From contig CAVTIN010000001.1 in NCBI GenBank assembly GCA_963734895.1, positions 18,990 through 82,989 on the forward strand: DNA of 64,000 nt, given 5' to 3'. The notes under the pieces were generated by a model. It was given only the letters and a program-made list of their open reading frames with translations. It had not been told where the DNA came from and did not search any database. Positions within the stretch are counted from its first letter, which is position 1. Each line of letters begins with the position of its first letter. Shown piece after piece: positions 1 to 9,143 of this stretch. The position numbers and the translations under genes were made by a program. This stretch comes from an uncultured Chloroflexia bacterium. GTDB taxonomy: Bacteria; Chloroflexota; Limnocylindria; Limnocylindrales; CSP1-4.

Positions 1-21
1 GTGCGTCTTCCACGCAAACGT

Positions 22-51
22 ACGAGGCGGCTCCCGAAGGAGCCGCCTCGT
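22..51 (-). terminator. Strong hairpin, probable intrinsic terminator of a minus-strand transcript
   Basis: 13-bp perfect stem ACGAGGCGGCTCC/GGAGCCGCCTCGT; loop reads cUUCGg on the minus strand; weak U tract (ACGUUUG) follows. Confidence 0.7.
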
Positions 52-191
52 TGCTGTCCCGGTGAAGGTGTCCACCCGAGGGCGGATCTTCTGCCGCGCG
101 CCAAGATCATCTATCGCGTCGGCTGAACCGACTACCCTAACCCTACCTACCCATGATCTTGATGCTGGGGCAGCGCTGGCTGACTTGCAGC
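22..191 (-). ncRNA. Candidate structured small RNA (~170 nt), family not recognised
   Basis: Bounded by a sigma70-like promoter and a UUCG hairpin; nested stems (169-173/91-95, 153-161/102-110, GUCGG/CCGAC, UCCGCC/GGUGGA); no credible ORF. Confidence 0.5.
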
Positions 192-197
192 GTGGAT

Positions 198-226
198 ATC
201 CTACTGCGCAGGTGCGGATTTTGAAA
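198..226 (-). promoter_or_regulatory. Sigma70-like promoter
   Basis: TTTCAA-17 bp-TAGGAT on the minus strand in an AT-rich patch. Confidence 0.5.
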
Positions 227-324
227 GGGTTTTGTCCAGCCGTTCGGTGAAAATTGCTTAACGTTCCGGTTTCGGTCCGGTGTCAAGCCGGTTTGGACGG
301 TCCCGGGACCGGGGGCTCCGCCGG

Positions 325-813
325 TTACCCCTCGTCCTCGATGGTGACCGACGTCATCGCGACCGGGGCATCGGGCAGGTCGCGGCTGTTGCGCGGCGCG
401 CTCGCGATCGCGTCGACGACGTCGAGCCCCTTGGTCACCAGGCCGAAGATCGTGTAGCTCTTGGGCAGCCCGTAGTCCGCGTGCATGATGAAGAACTGCG
501 AGCCGTTCGTGTTCGGTCCGGCATTTGCCATCGCGAGCGTTCCCCGGACGTAGCTACCGGTGAACGGCTCGTCGTCGAACTTGTAGCCGGGTCCGCCGGT
601 GCCGACGCGCCCGCTGTTGAGTGACGCCTTCTTGCCGAACTCCCCGTCGCCGCCCTGGATCATGAACCCGGGGATGACGCGGTGGAAGATCACGTCGTCG
701 TAGAAGCCCTGCTTGGCGAGCTTGACGAAGTTGCCGGCCGCCTTCGGGGCGCCGTCGGTGAACAGGTCGGCCTCGATGGTGCCGGCTTCGGTGGCGATGA
801 TGGCACGGGTCAT
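325..813 (-). CDS. Cyclophilin-type peptidyl-prolyl cis-trans isomerase, cytoplasmic
   Basis: [31 protein letters not shown] motifs; ATG at 813 with AAGGAG RBS. Confidence 0.95.
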   Translation of the reverse strand: MTRAIIATEAGTIEADLFTDGAPKAAGNFVKLAKQGFYDDVIFHRVIPGFMIQGGDGEFGKKASLNSGRVGTGGPGYKFDDEPFTGSYVRGTLAMANAGPNTNGSQFFIMHADYGLPKSYTIFGLVTKGLDVVDAIASAPRNSRDLPDAPVAMTSVTIEDEG

Positions 814-842
814 GGGCGCTCTCCTTCGTGGTTGGGGACAGG

Positions 843-1565
843 TTACGGGGTGCTGACGGTGACCTTGGTCATCGGGATCGGGTTGGTCGGGATCTCGCCA
901 TCGGCCGCGCCATAGATCGCGTCCGCGACGTCCATGCCCGAGGCGACGTTGCCGATGATCTGGTACGTGTTGTAGTAGGCGAGGATGTCCCGGGCGGCGT
1001 CGTCGAGCACGATGAAGAACTGCGAGTTCGCGGAGTTCGGTTGCGAGGTGCGGGCCATGGCAACGGTCCCTCGCTGGTACGTGGCCGTCACCGGCTCGTC
1101 CTGGATCGTGTAGGGCGGCCCGCCACTCCCGATGAGATCCGGATAGATGTCGGGAGCCCGCCCGAATTGTCCATCGCCGCCCTGGATGACGAACGGCGTG
1201 CCGTCCTGCAGCGCGGCCGCACGGTGGAACACGACCCCGTCGTAGTAGCCGCACGAGGCGAGCGCCACGAAGTTGCCGGTGGCGATGGGGGACAGCGACC
1301 CCTTGATCTCGATGACCATCGTGCCCTTGGGCGTTTCGATCGTGACCATTCGCACGTCATCCGCGCCCAGCGCGGCCGGCTGGGAGGTCGGGCAGCCGGC
1401 CGGGTACGTGGGCCCGGGATGGGTCGGAGCCGGAGTCTCGACCGATGGGGCCGGCGTCTCCGGCGGGATCGTGGGTACCGCGGCACCACCACTGCTGCAG
1501 GCAGCCACGAGCAGCGGGATGGCGAATGCGGCCAGGCCCCGGGTGAAGGATCCACGAGAGATCAT
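843..1565 (-). CDS. Cyclophilin-type PPIase, predicted lipoprotein
   Basis: Lipobox LVAAC, Pro/Thr linker, FVIQGGD and [18 protein letters not shown] motifs; ATGA overlap with the upstream gene. Confidence 0.9.
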   Translation of the reverse strand: MISRGSFTRGLAAFAIPLLVAACSSGGAAVPTIPPETPAPSVETPAPTHPGPTYPAGCPTSQPAALGADDVRMVTIETPKGTMVIEIKGSLSPIATGNFVALASCGYYDGVVFHRAAALQDGTPFVIQGGDGQFGRAPDIYPDLIGSGGPPYTIQDEPVTATYQRGTVAMARTSQPNSANSQFFIVLDDAARDILAYYNTYQIIGNVASGMDVADAIYGAADGEIPTNPIPMTKVTVSTP

Positions 1566-2263
1566 GCGGCGGCCTCCAGGGCGCGTGGGAGTTCGATGGA
1601 ACCGGAGAGGATCGCCTCCCCGAGGATGAGCCCGGTGACGCCGGCGTCTCGCAGCCGCCGGACGCCGTCGAGGTCGGTGGCACCGCCGGCGACGAGGATG
1701 TCTGCGTCGTGGCGGCTCACCAGTGAGGTCAGGAGCCGAGCGTCCGGTGTGGTGCCACCATGGCTGAGGACGAGCCGGTGGACGCCCTGCGCGACGAGCT
1801 CCTCGACCAGCGTGTCGAGGGTGGGCGGCACGGCGCGCGCCCAGGGGAACGCGGCGATCCGCTCGGGCCTCGGGTCGAGGCCGACGGCGAGCCAGTCCCC
1901 GGCGACGGCGAGGCATTCCCGGAGCGCATCGGGTCGTTCGACGATCGCGACCGAGAGCACCACGCGCGTCGCGCCTGCCGCGAACGCCAGCCGCACGTGG
2001 TCCGCCGCCTCGAGTCCGCCCGCCACCTGGAGAGGGACGGCCACCCTTGCCGCGACCGCACCCACGACCTCGAGGTCCGCGGGCGCTGCGTGCCGGGCGC
2101 CGTCGAAGTCGACGAGGTGCAGGATCCTCGCGCCCTGGCGGACCAGCTGCTCCGCGATCTGCTCGGGCCGGTCGGTCGGTGCGCCGATGCCGGCCGATGC
2201 GCCGGGCCAGTACACGACTCGCGAGCGCCCATTGGCGACATCGATGGCGGGAATCACGTCCAC
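1562..2263 (-). CDS. HisA/HisF-like TIM-barrel protein (divergent)
   Basis: VIPAID, LHLVDFDGA, LQVAGG, VAGG motifs; GTG start with GGAG RBS. Confidence 0.75.
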   Translation of the reverse strand: MDVIPAIDVANGRSRVVYWPGASAGIGAPTDRPEQIAEQLVRQGARILHLVDFDGARHAAPADLEVVGAVAARVAVPLQVAGGLEAADHVRLAFAAGATRVVLSVAIVERPDALRECLAVAGDWLAVGLDPRPERIAAFPWARAVPPTLDTLVEELVAQGVHRLVLSHGGTTPDARLLTSLVSRHDADILVAGGATDLDGVRRLRDAGVTGLILGEAILSGSIELPRALEAAA

Positions 2264-2330
2264 GGGCGTGTGCTCCTGCCGCGCAGGGCGTCCGCCCGTC
2301 CGGTCTCGGTGCGCCGCACGTTGCCCGCGG

Positions 2331-3455
2331 TCACCCAGCGGCCGCCGCCGCGGGATCGGTCGACCGCATCGGTGACGTCTCGCGCAGCACCTCGGCCGCG
2401 GCCGCGACCACGCGATCGATGTCCTCGCCGCTGATGCCATGGTGCGTCACGGCGCGGATCGAGCCGTTCGCGTAGGGAACCATGAGGACGCCCCTCGTCT
2501 CGAGCGCGGCCAGGAATCTGGACCGGTCACGCTCCACCCGGAACAGGACGAAGTTGGTCACCGTCCGGTCGGGATCAAGCGGACCTAGGTCCGGTTGGGC
2601 GATCCCACCAGGGGAGCCGACGCCCGCCAGCCCGGCCAGCCCCTCCGCCAGGCGGCGCGCGGTGGCATGATCCTCCGCCAAACGGTCGATCATCCCAGCG
2701 TCGCCGTCTCGGAGCGCCACGAGGCCGGCGGCAGCCAGCACGCCCACCTGGCGCATGCCGCCGCCGACGAGCTTGCGCGCGCGCCGGGCACGCCCGATGA
2801 ACGCACTGGACCCGACCACGAGCGAGCCGACCGGCGCCGCCAGGCCCTTGGACAAGCAGAAGGTCACGGTGTCCGCGGGGGCGGCCAGGGCTCGCGGCGT
2901 GACGCCCAGGGCCACCGTCGCGTTGAAGAAGCGCGCGCCATCGACGTGAAGCGGCACGCCCCGCTCGTGCGCGATCGTGGCCACGGTCCGGACGTAGTCC
3001 AGCGGCAGCGGGCGCCCGCCCGAGTGGGCATGCGTGTTCTCGATGGCGACCAGGCCGGTGATCGGCTCGTGGAGGTCGGTCGGATCGCGGAACGCCTCCC
3101 GGATCTCTGCCGGGTTCATCGTGCCGTCGGGCCGCTCCACCAGTGCGCGAACCGTCGCTCCGACCACGACCGCGTGGCCGCCGGCCTCGTCCATGACCGT
3201 GTGCGTCGTCGCCCCGGCGATCGCCTCGTGGCCGCGCGGAAGGTGAGCCATCAGCGACACCAGGTTGCCCATCGTGCCGCTGGCGACGAACAGACCGGCC
3301 TCCTTGCCCAGGAGGTTGGCGCCCCGCGCCTCGAGCGCGTTCACCGTGGGGTCATCGCCGAACACGTCGTCGCCGACCTCGGCCGCGGCCATCGCGCGGC
3401 GCATCTCGTCGGTGGGATGGGTGACCGTGTCGGAGCGGAGATCGATGCGGACCAT
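2331..3455 (-). CDS. ltaE: Low-specificity L-threonine aldolase (PLP)
   Basis: [41 protein letters not shown] motifs. Confidence 0.93.
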   Translation of the reverse strand: MVRIDLRSDTVTHPTDEMRRAMAAAEVGDDVFGDDPTVNALEARGANLLGKEAGLFVASGTMGNLVSLMAHLPRGHEAIAGATTHTVMDEAGGHAVVVGATVRALVERPDGTMNPAEIREAFRDPTDLHEPITGLVAIENTHAHSGGRPLPLDYVRTVATIAHERGVPLHVDGARFFNATVALGVTPRALAAPADTVTFCLSKGLAAPVGSLVVGSSAFIGRARRARKLVGGGMRQVGVLAAAGLVALRDGDAGMIDRLAEDHATARRLAEGLAGLAGVGSPGGIAQPDLGPLDPDRTVTNFVLFRVERDRSRFLAALETRGVLMVPYANGSIRAVTHHGISGEDIDRVVAAAAEVLRETSPMRSTDPAAAAAG

Positions 3456-3599
3456 GGCCGGGCGAGCATAGCGCGGGTCTGCGTGCCGGGCGGCGCACCC
3501 CGATTCGCGGGTGGCGCACCCTGATTCGCGGGGCTATCGGCGGCCCGGCGCTCGGGTGGCGGCTTCGGAACCGCCCTGATATCATCCGCCACCGACCGC

Positions 3600-3676
3600 G
3601 GACCCGTGGTGTAGCGGCCCAACATGCCAGCCTGTCACGCTGGAGATCGCCGGTTCGAATCCGGTCGGGTCCGCCA
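3600..3676 (+). tRNA. tRNA-Asp (GTC)
   Basis: GGACCCG/CGGGTCC acceptor stem, CCAGC-CTGTCAC-GCTGG anticodon arm, GGTTCGAATCC T arm, encoded CCA. Confidence 0.98.
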
Positions 3677-3694
3677 TCAATCCCAATTCTTCCT

Positions 3695-3724
3695 ACGCCC
3701 CGTCCGCCCGCCCGGACGGGGCGT
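3695..3724 (+). terminator. GC-rich hairpin downstream of the tRNA
   Basis: ACGCCCCGTCCG/CGGACGGGGCGT 12-bp stem followed by a pyrimidine run. Confidence 0.6.
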
Positions 3725-3786
3725 CCCTCTATCCCTGACAAGGCGTCCGCGATCCCGACCCGGCAGGCTCGGGGTACGCTGCGCCC

Positions 3787-5541
3787 GTGACAGACCGCCA
3801 TCCCGGCTTCGACCCCAACCTCAACCGATCCGGCCGCTCACGGGTCGGCTTGCGTGCCGCGATCTCCGGCCGAGAGGCGGGTGGCCTGCTCACGTCCGCG
3901 GCGATCATCGCGCTGGTGCTCGTCGTCGCCCTCGGGTTCGGCGGCGGACTGCTCGGCGGGCTCGTGGGCGGCGGCGCAGCATCCTCCCCGTCGGGAGCGC
4001 TCGCCGGGGCGACGTCCACCCCGGCCCTATCGGGAGCGCCCGATCGACCCGCATCAGCCGCCCCATCGGCAGCCGTTGCGACGCCCACCCCGCCGCCGAC
4101 CCCGGTTCCGACGCCGGCCACCGCCCGGGTCGCCATCGTGCCGGTCACCAGCTTCCGATCGACCGCGACCGGGATCACGGGCGCCGACCTCAAGGCGATC
4201 TCGAGTGGCTCCGGCACGTTCACGGCGCTGGTGCTTGTCGACGGCGATGCGGATGCGATCCTGGACGCCCTGGGCGTGGAGCGCGCGGCGCTTGGCAAGC
4301 ACCTCGTGATCGTCGCCGACGCGAAGACGCTCGCTGCGAGTGTGGCCAAGACGCGGACGCAGCTGGGGTTCCTGCGCGCCGGCGAGGTGACCGCGTCCGT
4401 CCGGGCGCTGGCCTGGGATGGCAAGGCGATGTTCGGGGTCGGCCGGGTGAGTTCGATCAAGGCGTGGCCGCTTGCCGCGCAGATCCTGGCGCCCGGCGGG
4501 GACGAGCCGGCAGCGCCCGATTACGATCCGGCCACCGCATGGACGCTGTTCGCCGGCGGCGACATCCTGCTGGACCGCGGCGTCTCGCTGGCGATCCAGG
4601 GGAGCTCGGCGGGATCGGACTACCCATTCAACGGCGGCACGGCTGCGATCACCGGCCATTACTGCTGCTCGAGCTTCGGCTGGAAGCTGCCGCACACCAA
4701 GTCCACCGGCCACGCGGGCGTGGTGCGCGACCTCGTCTCGGGCGCGGACATCGCCATCGCGAACTTCGAGAACCCCGCGCCCGACAAGTACCGGTTCCAC
4801 GCCCACGGGACGGTCTTCTCGGCGAACCCGGCCTATATCGCCGGCCTGGCGAAGGCCGGCATCGACTGGGTGTCGCTCGCCAACAACCACATCGGCGACG
4901 CGGGCAGGACAGGGATCCTGCAGACAATGGCCAATCTCGACAAGCGCGGGATCCTGCACTCGGGGGCCGGCAAGAACACCACCGATGCGCACAAGCCGGC
5001 GCTGCTCGAGGCCGGCGGCCAGACCATCGCGATCCTCGGCTACGACACGATCGCGGCCTACTACGCCGCGGGGGCCAGCACTCCCGGCAGCGCCCGGATG
5101 ACCTCCGCGACGCTCAAGGCCGATGTCGCGGCCGCGCGCAAGGCCGGTGCGGACATCGTGATCGTGTTCCCGCACTGGGGGATCGAGTACAAGGCCACCC
5201 CGACCGCGTCACAGAAGCGGCTCGCGCACGCCGCGATCGATGCGGGCGCGGACCTCGTGATCGGCAATCACCCCCACTGGGCCGAGGCGATGGAGGTCTA
5301 CAAGGGCAAGCCGATCTGGTACGCCCTGGGCAACTTCGTGTTCGACCAGACCTGGTCGGAGCCGACGATGGAGGGGATCACGCTCGAGCTGACGTTCAAC
5401 GGGACCGAGCTCGTCCAGGTGCGGATGCGGCCGCACCTGATCCTTGGCCGCGCACAGCCCAACTTCATGGACCCGGCCACGGACGGCAAGGTGGTCATGA
5501 CCCAGGTGTTCAACGCGTCGAAGGGCCTGCTCGACTGGTAG
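3787..5541 (+). CDS. CapA-family (PGA_cap) metallophosphoesterase-fold membrane-anchored protein
   Basis: AGGDILLDR, ANFE, SLANNH, HWGIEY, IGNHPH, YALGNFVFDQ motifs; N-terminal TM helix and Pro/Thr linker. Confidence 0.9.
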   Translation: MTDRHPGFDPNLNRSGRSRVGLRAAISGREAGGLLTSAAIIALVLVVALGFGGGLLGGLVGGGAASSPSGALAGATSTPALSGAPDRPASAAPSAAVATPTPPPTPVPTPATARVAIVPVTSFRSTATGITGADLKAISSGSGTFTALVLVDGDADAILDALGVERAALGKHLVIVADAKTLAASVAKTRTQLGFLRAGEVTASVRALAWDGKAMFGVGRVSSIKAWPLAAQILAPGGDEPAAPDYDPATAWTLFAGGDILLDRGVSLAIQGSSAGSDYPFNGGTAAITGHYCCSSFGWKLPHTKSTGHAGVVRDLVSGADIAIANFENPAPDKYRFHAHGTVFSANPAYIAGLAKAGIDWVSLANNHIGDAGRTGILQTMANLDKRGILHSGAGKNTTDAHKPALLEAGGQTIAILGYDTIAAYYAAGASTPGSARMTSATLKADVAAARKAGADIVIVFPHWGIEYKATPTASQKRLAHAAIDAGADLVIGNHPHWAEAMEVYKGKPIWYALGNFVFDQTWSEPTMEGITLELTFNGTELVQVRMRPHLILGRAQPNFMDPATDGKVVMTQVFNASKGLLDW

Positions 5542-5579
5542 CGGAGAGGGCCTGGTTGGGGGGTGTCGCCGGGCGGAGT

Positions 5580-5740
5580 GTTGCCGGGTGCAACGGGGTT
5601 GCCGCTGGGAGTGTCGCCGGGCTCAACGGGCTCGCCGCTCGGAGTTGTCGCCGGGCTCAACGGGCTCGCCGCTCGGAGTTGTCGCCGGGCTCAACGGGCT
5701 CGCCGCTCGGAGGTGTCGCCGGGCTCAACGGGCTCGCCGC
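5580..5740. repeat. Tandem array of a 34-bp unit (4 near-identical copies plus 1 degenerate)
   Basis: GTCGCCGGGCTCAACGGGCTCGCCGC starts at 5613, 5647, 5681, 5715; diverged copy at 5580. Confidence 0.92.
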
Positions 5741-5802
5741 GCCATCGCCGTCACGCCGACCAGCGGCGTGATGCGCATCCCAGACGCCCAACTGCGAGGT
5801 TG

Positions 5803-5998
5803 TGTCAGGCACCGCGCCACGTGGTGGTAGTCACGGTCCTGCCACCATTCGGGTCGTTCGGTGGCTCGCGCCACGCACACCGCGGACGCTCGGTCAGGCA
5901 ACAGTCGGTGCCGAACCGGTCTTGCACCGGTCCTCGCGGTGGGTGACAGGACTTCTGCCGCGCCGGCCCGTTTGCACCGCGATGGGCGGTGCCTGACA
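5803..5998. mobile_element. Putative MITE/REP-doublet-like element
   Basis: Perfect 13-bp terminal inverted repeats TGTCAGGCACCGC (5803-5815) / GCGGTGCCTGACA (5986-5998); non-coding interior; no target duplication seen. Confidence 0.45.
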
Positions 5999-6003
5999 GG
6001 GCT

Positions 6004-6062
6004 CAGGCGGCGAGCGGACACAGGCGGCGAGCGCTCAGGCGGCGAGCGGACCCACAGGCGGC
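6004..6062. repeat. Short direct repeats CAGGCGGCGAGCG
   Basis: Three full copies and one partial copy between convergent genes. Confidence 0.7.
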
Positions 6063-6072
6063 CGACGACCCC

Positions 6073-7080
6073 TCAGACCCCGGGCGCGGGTGTCCCCCAG
6101 CCATACGGGCCGGGCGCGCGATCCAGCAGCCCGGCGAACAGGTCGTCCTCGGCGTCGGGGGCGGGAACCCGTGACTCGCGGCGGACGAACGCCTCGCGGT
6201 TCCAGTACTCGCGCCAGGCGTCCTTGCCGAATCGGACGAATGGGTTGTCGACCGATATCTGGGTGACGTGCGCCTTGATCGCGTTCCACCGGGCGTCGAT
6301 GACGTCGGACACGTCAACCCACGCGGTGATCGTCTCATCGGGCACGAGCATCCTGGACATCTGCGTCTCGAACTCCGCGAGCTGCTCCGGCGTCGCGTCC
6401 TCCGGCGGTGTCCAGAACGACGTCTCGCCCAACGCCTCCAGCCGTTCCTTCATCGCCATCCGGACCGACGAGGGGATCGCCTGCTCGTACAGCTTGGCCG
6501 GCGTCCACGGCGCCAGCCCGCCCTCGCCGGCCGGCGCCCCGGTGCCGCCATGCTCGGGCGCGAGCTGCCCCGGGTACCACGCCGGATCGCCGGCCCGGGC
6601 GAATGCGCCGACGGCGACCAGATGCGACCGAATGTGGTCGGGATGCCCGTACCCGCCGAAGTCGTTGTAGGTCGTCATGACGTCGGGCTGGAAGCGACGG
6701 ACCATCCAGGCCATGCGGCCGATGGCCTCGTCGAGATCGGCCTGCCAGAAGCAGCGGGGATCGAAGTTGCCGGCCCGGCCCATCATGTCCGAGTCGTGGT
6801 AGCCGAGGTTGTCCCACTCGGTCACCCCGAGCGCCGTCATCGCGTTCTCGAGCTCGACGGCGCGCAGCTCGCCGAGGCGACGGTGGTTGTCGGGGGTATC
6901 GAGCTCGGGGACGACGATCTCGCCCATCTCGCCCCTCGTGCACGTCACGAGGACGAGGCGGCGGCCCTGCCTGACCGTTGTCGCCATCGTGCCGCCCGTG
7001 CCGATCGTCTCGTCATCGGGGTGGGCATGGACAGTCATCAGGGTCGGGGTGTGGGTCGCGGGGGACGTCTGCTCAGTCAT
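6073..7080 (-). CDS. PIG-L family deacetylase/amidase (Mca/MshB-like)
   Basis: HAHPDDE, VTCTRGEMGE, GGYGHPDH, AHVTQI motifs. Confidence 0.9.
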   Translation of the reverse strand: MTEQTSPATHTPTLMTVHAHPDDETIGTGGTMATTVRQGRRLVLVTCTRGEMGEIVVPELDTPDNHRRLGELRAVELENAMTALGVTEWDNLGYHDSDMMGRAGNFDPRCFWQADLDEAIGRMAWMVRRFQPDVMTTYNDFGGYGHPDHIRSHLVAVGAFARAGDPAWYPGQLAPEHGGTGAPAGEGGLAPWTPAKLYEQAIPSSVRMAMKERLEALGETSFWTPPEDATPEQLAEFETQMSRMLVPDETITAWVDVSDVIDARWNAIKAHVTQISVDNPFVRFGKDAWREYWNREAFVRRESRVPAPDAEDDLFAGLLDRAPGPYGWGTPAPGV

Positions 7081-7207
7081 GTCCCCATGCTAGCGCCATG
7101 GGTCCGGAGCGCCCCATCACGGCCCGGCGTCACCGTACCGTCACCTCGGCCGGGCAGATTGACGTCCGGATCGGGTCAGCCCGATCAGGACCGGAAGGAC
7201 ATGACGC

Positions 7208-7873
7208 ATGACCATGCGCGCACGACGCGCCTCCATCACCGCGCTGCTGGCGCTCACGCTGACGCTTGCGGGCTGCGGTGGCTCGACCGCCTCCGCTCCG
7301 GCGACCCCAGTCCCAACGGCGGCCGTGACCGACGCGAGTGGCGCGCCGCCGGCGCCCGATGCCGGAAGCGCGGCGCCGTCGGCGGACCCCGGCGCGACCT
7401 CCAGCGTCGAGCCGGACGGCAACCCGGTCGCCGATGCGCTTGCCACGCACCCCTGGGCCGCCGCGACGCTCAACGACGTAACCACGGGTGAGCCGTTCAC
7501 GATCGCAAGCCTCGGCGGGCGCACGATCTTCGTCGAAGCCATGGCGATCTGGTGCACCAACTGCCGCGCGCAGCAGGGTCGCTTCACCGAGGCGCTCGCG
7601 AGCCTCGATCCGAGCACGGTCGCCTACGTGGTCCTCACCATCGAGCCGAGCGAGACGGCCGAGGACCTGGCCCGGTACAAGGATCAGCGTGGGTTCACCG
7701 GTCGGTATGCCGTCGCCGGGCGCGATGTCTCGGCGGCGCTCGAGACGGAGTTCGGGGCCAACGTCCTGAACCCGCCGACCGTGCCGCTGATCCTGATCAG
7801 CCCGACCGGTGACGTCTCGTTCCATACCGGCGGCGAGAGCGTGGACGACATCATCAAGATCGCCGGCGCCTGA
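7208..7873 (+). CDS. TlpA-like thioredoxin-fold lipoprotein
   Basis: Lipobox LAGC; WCTNC motif; adjacent to ccdA. Confidence 0.85.
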   Translation: MTMRARRASITALLALTLTLAGCGGSTASAPATPVPTAAVTDASGAPPAPDAGSAAPSADPGATSSVEPDGNPVADALATHPWAAATLNDVTTGEPFTIASLGGRTIFVEAMAIWCTNCRAQQGRFTEALASLDPSTVAYVVLTIEPSETAEDLARYKDQRGFTGRYAVAGRDVSAALETEFGANVLNPPTVPLILISPTGDVSFHTGGESVDDIIKIAGA

Positions 7874-7875
7874 CC

Positions 7876-8550
7876 GTGGGGGAGCTGGCAGCCGTGTTCG
7901 CGGCCGGCCTCGCGAGCGCGGCCAGCCCGTGCCTGCTGCCGCTCTACCCCGGCTTCCTCGCCTACCTGTCGGCGAACGCCGGGACCCTGTCCGGTCGCCG
8001 GGCGAGCGGCCTGCTCGGGCTGCTGGTGCTGCTCGGCCTGCTGACCACGATGGTGTCGGTCGGGCTTGTTCTGTTCCTGGTCGCGGTCCCGATCGGACGC
8101 GTCGCGAGCTATCTCGTGCCCGTCGTCGACACCTTCCTGGTCGTCCTCGGGATCCTCCTGCTTTCGGGTCGCAACCCGTTCAACCGCCTGCCGGGCATGC
8201 GGGTCCCGCTGGTGTCCAACCCGTACGCCCAGGCCTGGGTCTACGGCGTGATGCTGGGACCCATCGCGCTGCCCTGCGCCGGCCCGTTCCTGGCCGCGTT
8301 GCTGGCGGTGTCGGTGGGCTTCAGCGACGCCGTTGCCAGGCTGGGCACCTTCGTCGTCTTCGGGTTGGGCTTCGGGCTGCCGCTGGTCCTGCTGTCGCTG
8401 CTCGCGGGCACGCAGCAGCGAGCGATCGTGCGGTTCGTGCTCGATCGGCACCGCGCGATCGAGATCATCTCGGGCGTGATCCTGATCGCCGTCGCGCTGT
8501 ACGACCTGCGCGAGAACTGGGATGGGATCCTGTTCACGCTGGGGCTGTAA
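7876..8550 (+). CDS. ccdA: Cytochrome c biogenesis / DsbD-type transmembrane protein CcdA
   Basis: About six TM helices with SPCLLP and LPCAGP cysteine motifs. Confidence 0.88.
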   Translation: MGELAAVFAAGLASAASPCLLPLYPGFLAYLSANAGTLSGRRASGLLGLLVLLGLLTTMVSVGLVLFLVAVPIGRVASYLVPVVDTFLVVLGILLLSGRNPFNRLPGMRVPLVSNPYAQAWVYGVMLGPIALPCAGPFLAALLAVSVGFSDAVARLGTFVVFGLGFGLPLVLLSLLAGTQQRAIVRFVLDRHRAIEIISGVILIAVALYDLRENWDGILFTLGL

Positions 8551-8559
8551 GGTCCGGAC

Positions 8560-9060
8560 ATGACCGATCCGCTGCCCGCGCCGTCCACCCCGGCAACCGC
8601 CGCACTCGAGGCAGCCGGCATTCCCTACCGTCTCGTCCGAACCGAGATCGCGCGAAACGCGCACGAGAGCGCGGCGCTCCAGGGGATCCCGCTCGGATCG
8701 TTGCTGCGGTCGATCCTCGTCCGGCGGGCGGCCGATGACTACGTATTCGTGCTGGTTCCGGGCGGGCGGCGATTCGACTGGCCGAAGCTGCGCGCGCTGC
8801 TGGGCACCAACCGCCTCGCGCTGCCCGACGCGGAGGAGGCGAAGTCCATCACGGGATACGAGCGAGGCGCGATCACCCCGTTCGGCGCGCTCCGGTCCTG
8901 GCCGGTGATCGCAGATGCGTCGATCACCGAGCACGAGATCGTGGCGATCGGCGGCGGTGCGCGCGGGGTCAACGTCCACCTGGCGCCGGCCGACCTGCTG
9001 GCCGCCACGAACGCCGATCTCGTGGACATCAGCGTGCCCGACCCGTCGACCCGGGCCTGA
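8560..9060 (+). CDS. YbaK/EbsC family aminoacyl-tRNA deacylase
   Basis: TGYERGAITPFG and IGGGARG motifs. Confidence 0.88.
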   Translation: MTDPLPAPSTPATAALEAAGIPYRLVRTEIARNAHESAALQGIPLGSLLRSILVRRAADDYVFVLVPGGRRFDWPKLRALLGTNRLALPDAEEAKSITGYERGAITPFGALRSWPVIADASITEHEIVAIGGGARGVNVHLAPADLLAATNADLVDISVPDPSTRA

Positions 9061-9143
9061 CCCGCAACTTGCCCGCAGGCGGCTTCGGTCGCGCGTCGTC
9101 GCCGCCCACCGCCGGACGGTCCCGGGCGGCTACCATCCGGGCG

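Noticed and set aside
3492-3532. 20-bp direct repeat (GGCGCACCCYGATTCGCGGG twice) between ltaE and the tRNA
   Set aside because: Only two copies; a simple local duplication explains it
3600-3790. Integrative element at tRNA-Asp
   Set aside because: No integrase, and I saw no duplicated tRNA 3' end in the window
5580-5740. CRISPR array
   Set aside because: Units are head-to-tail with no unique spacers, and no cas genes are in the window
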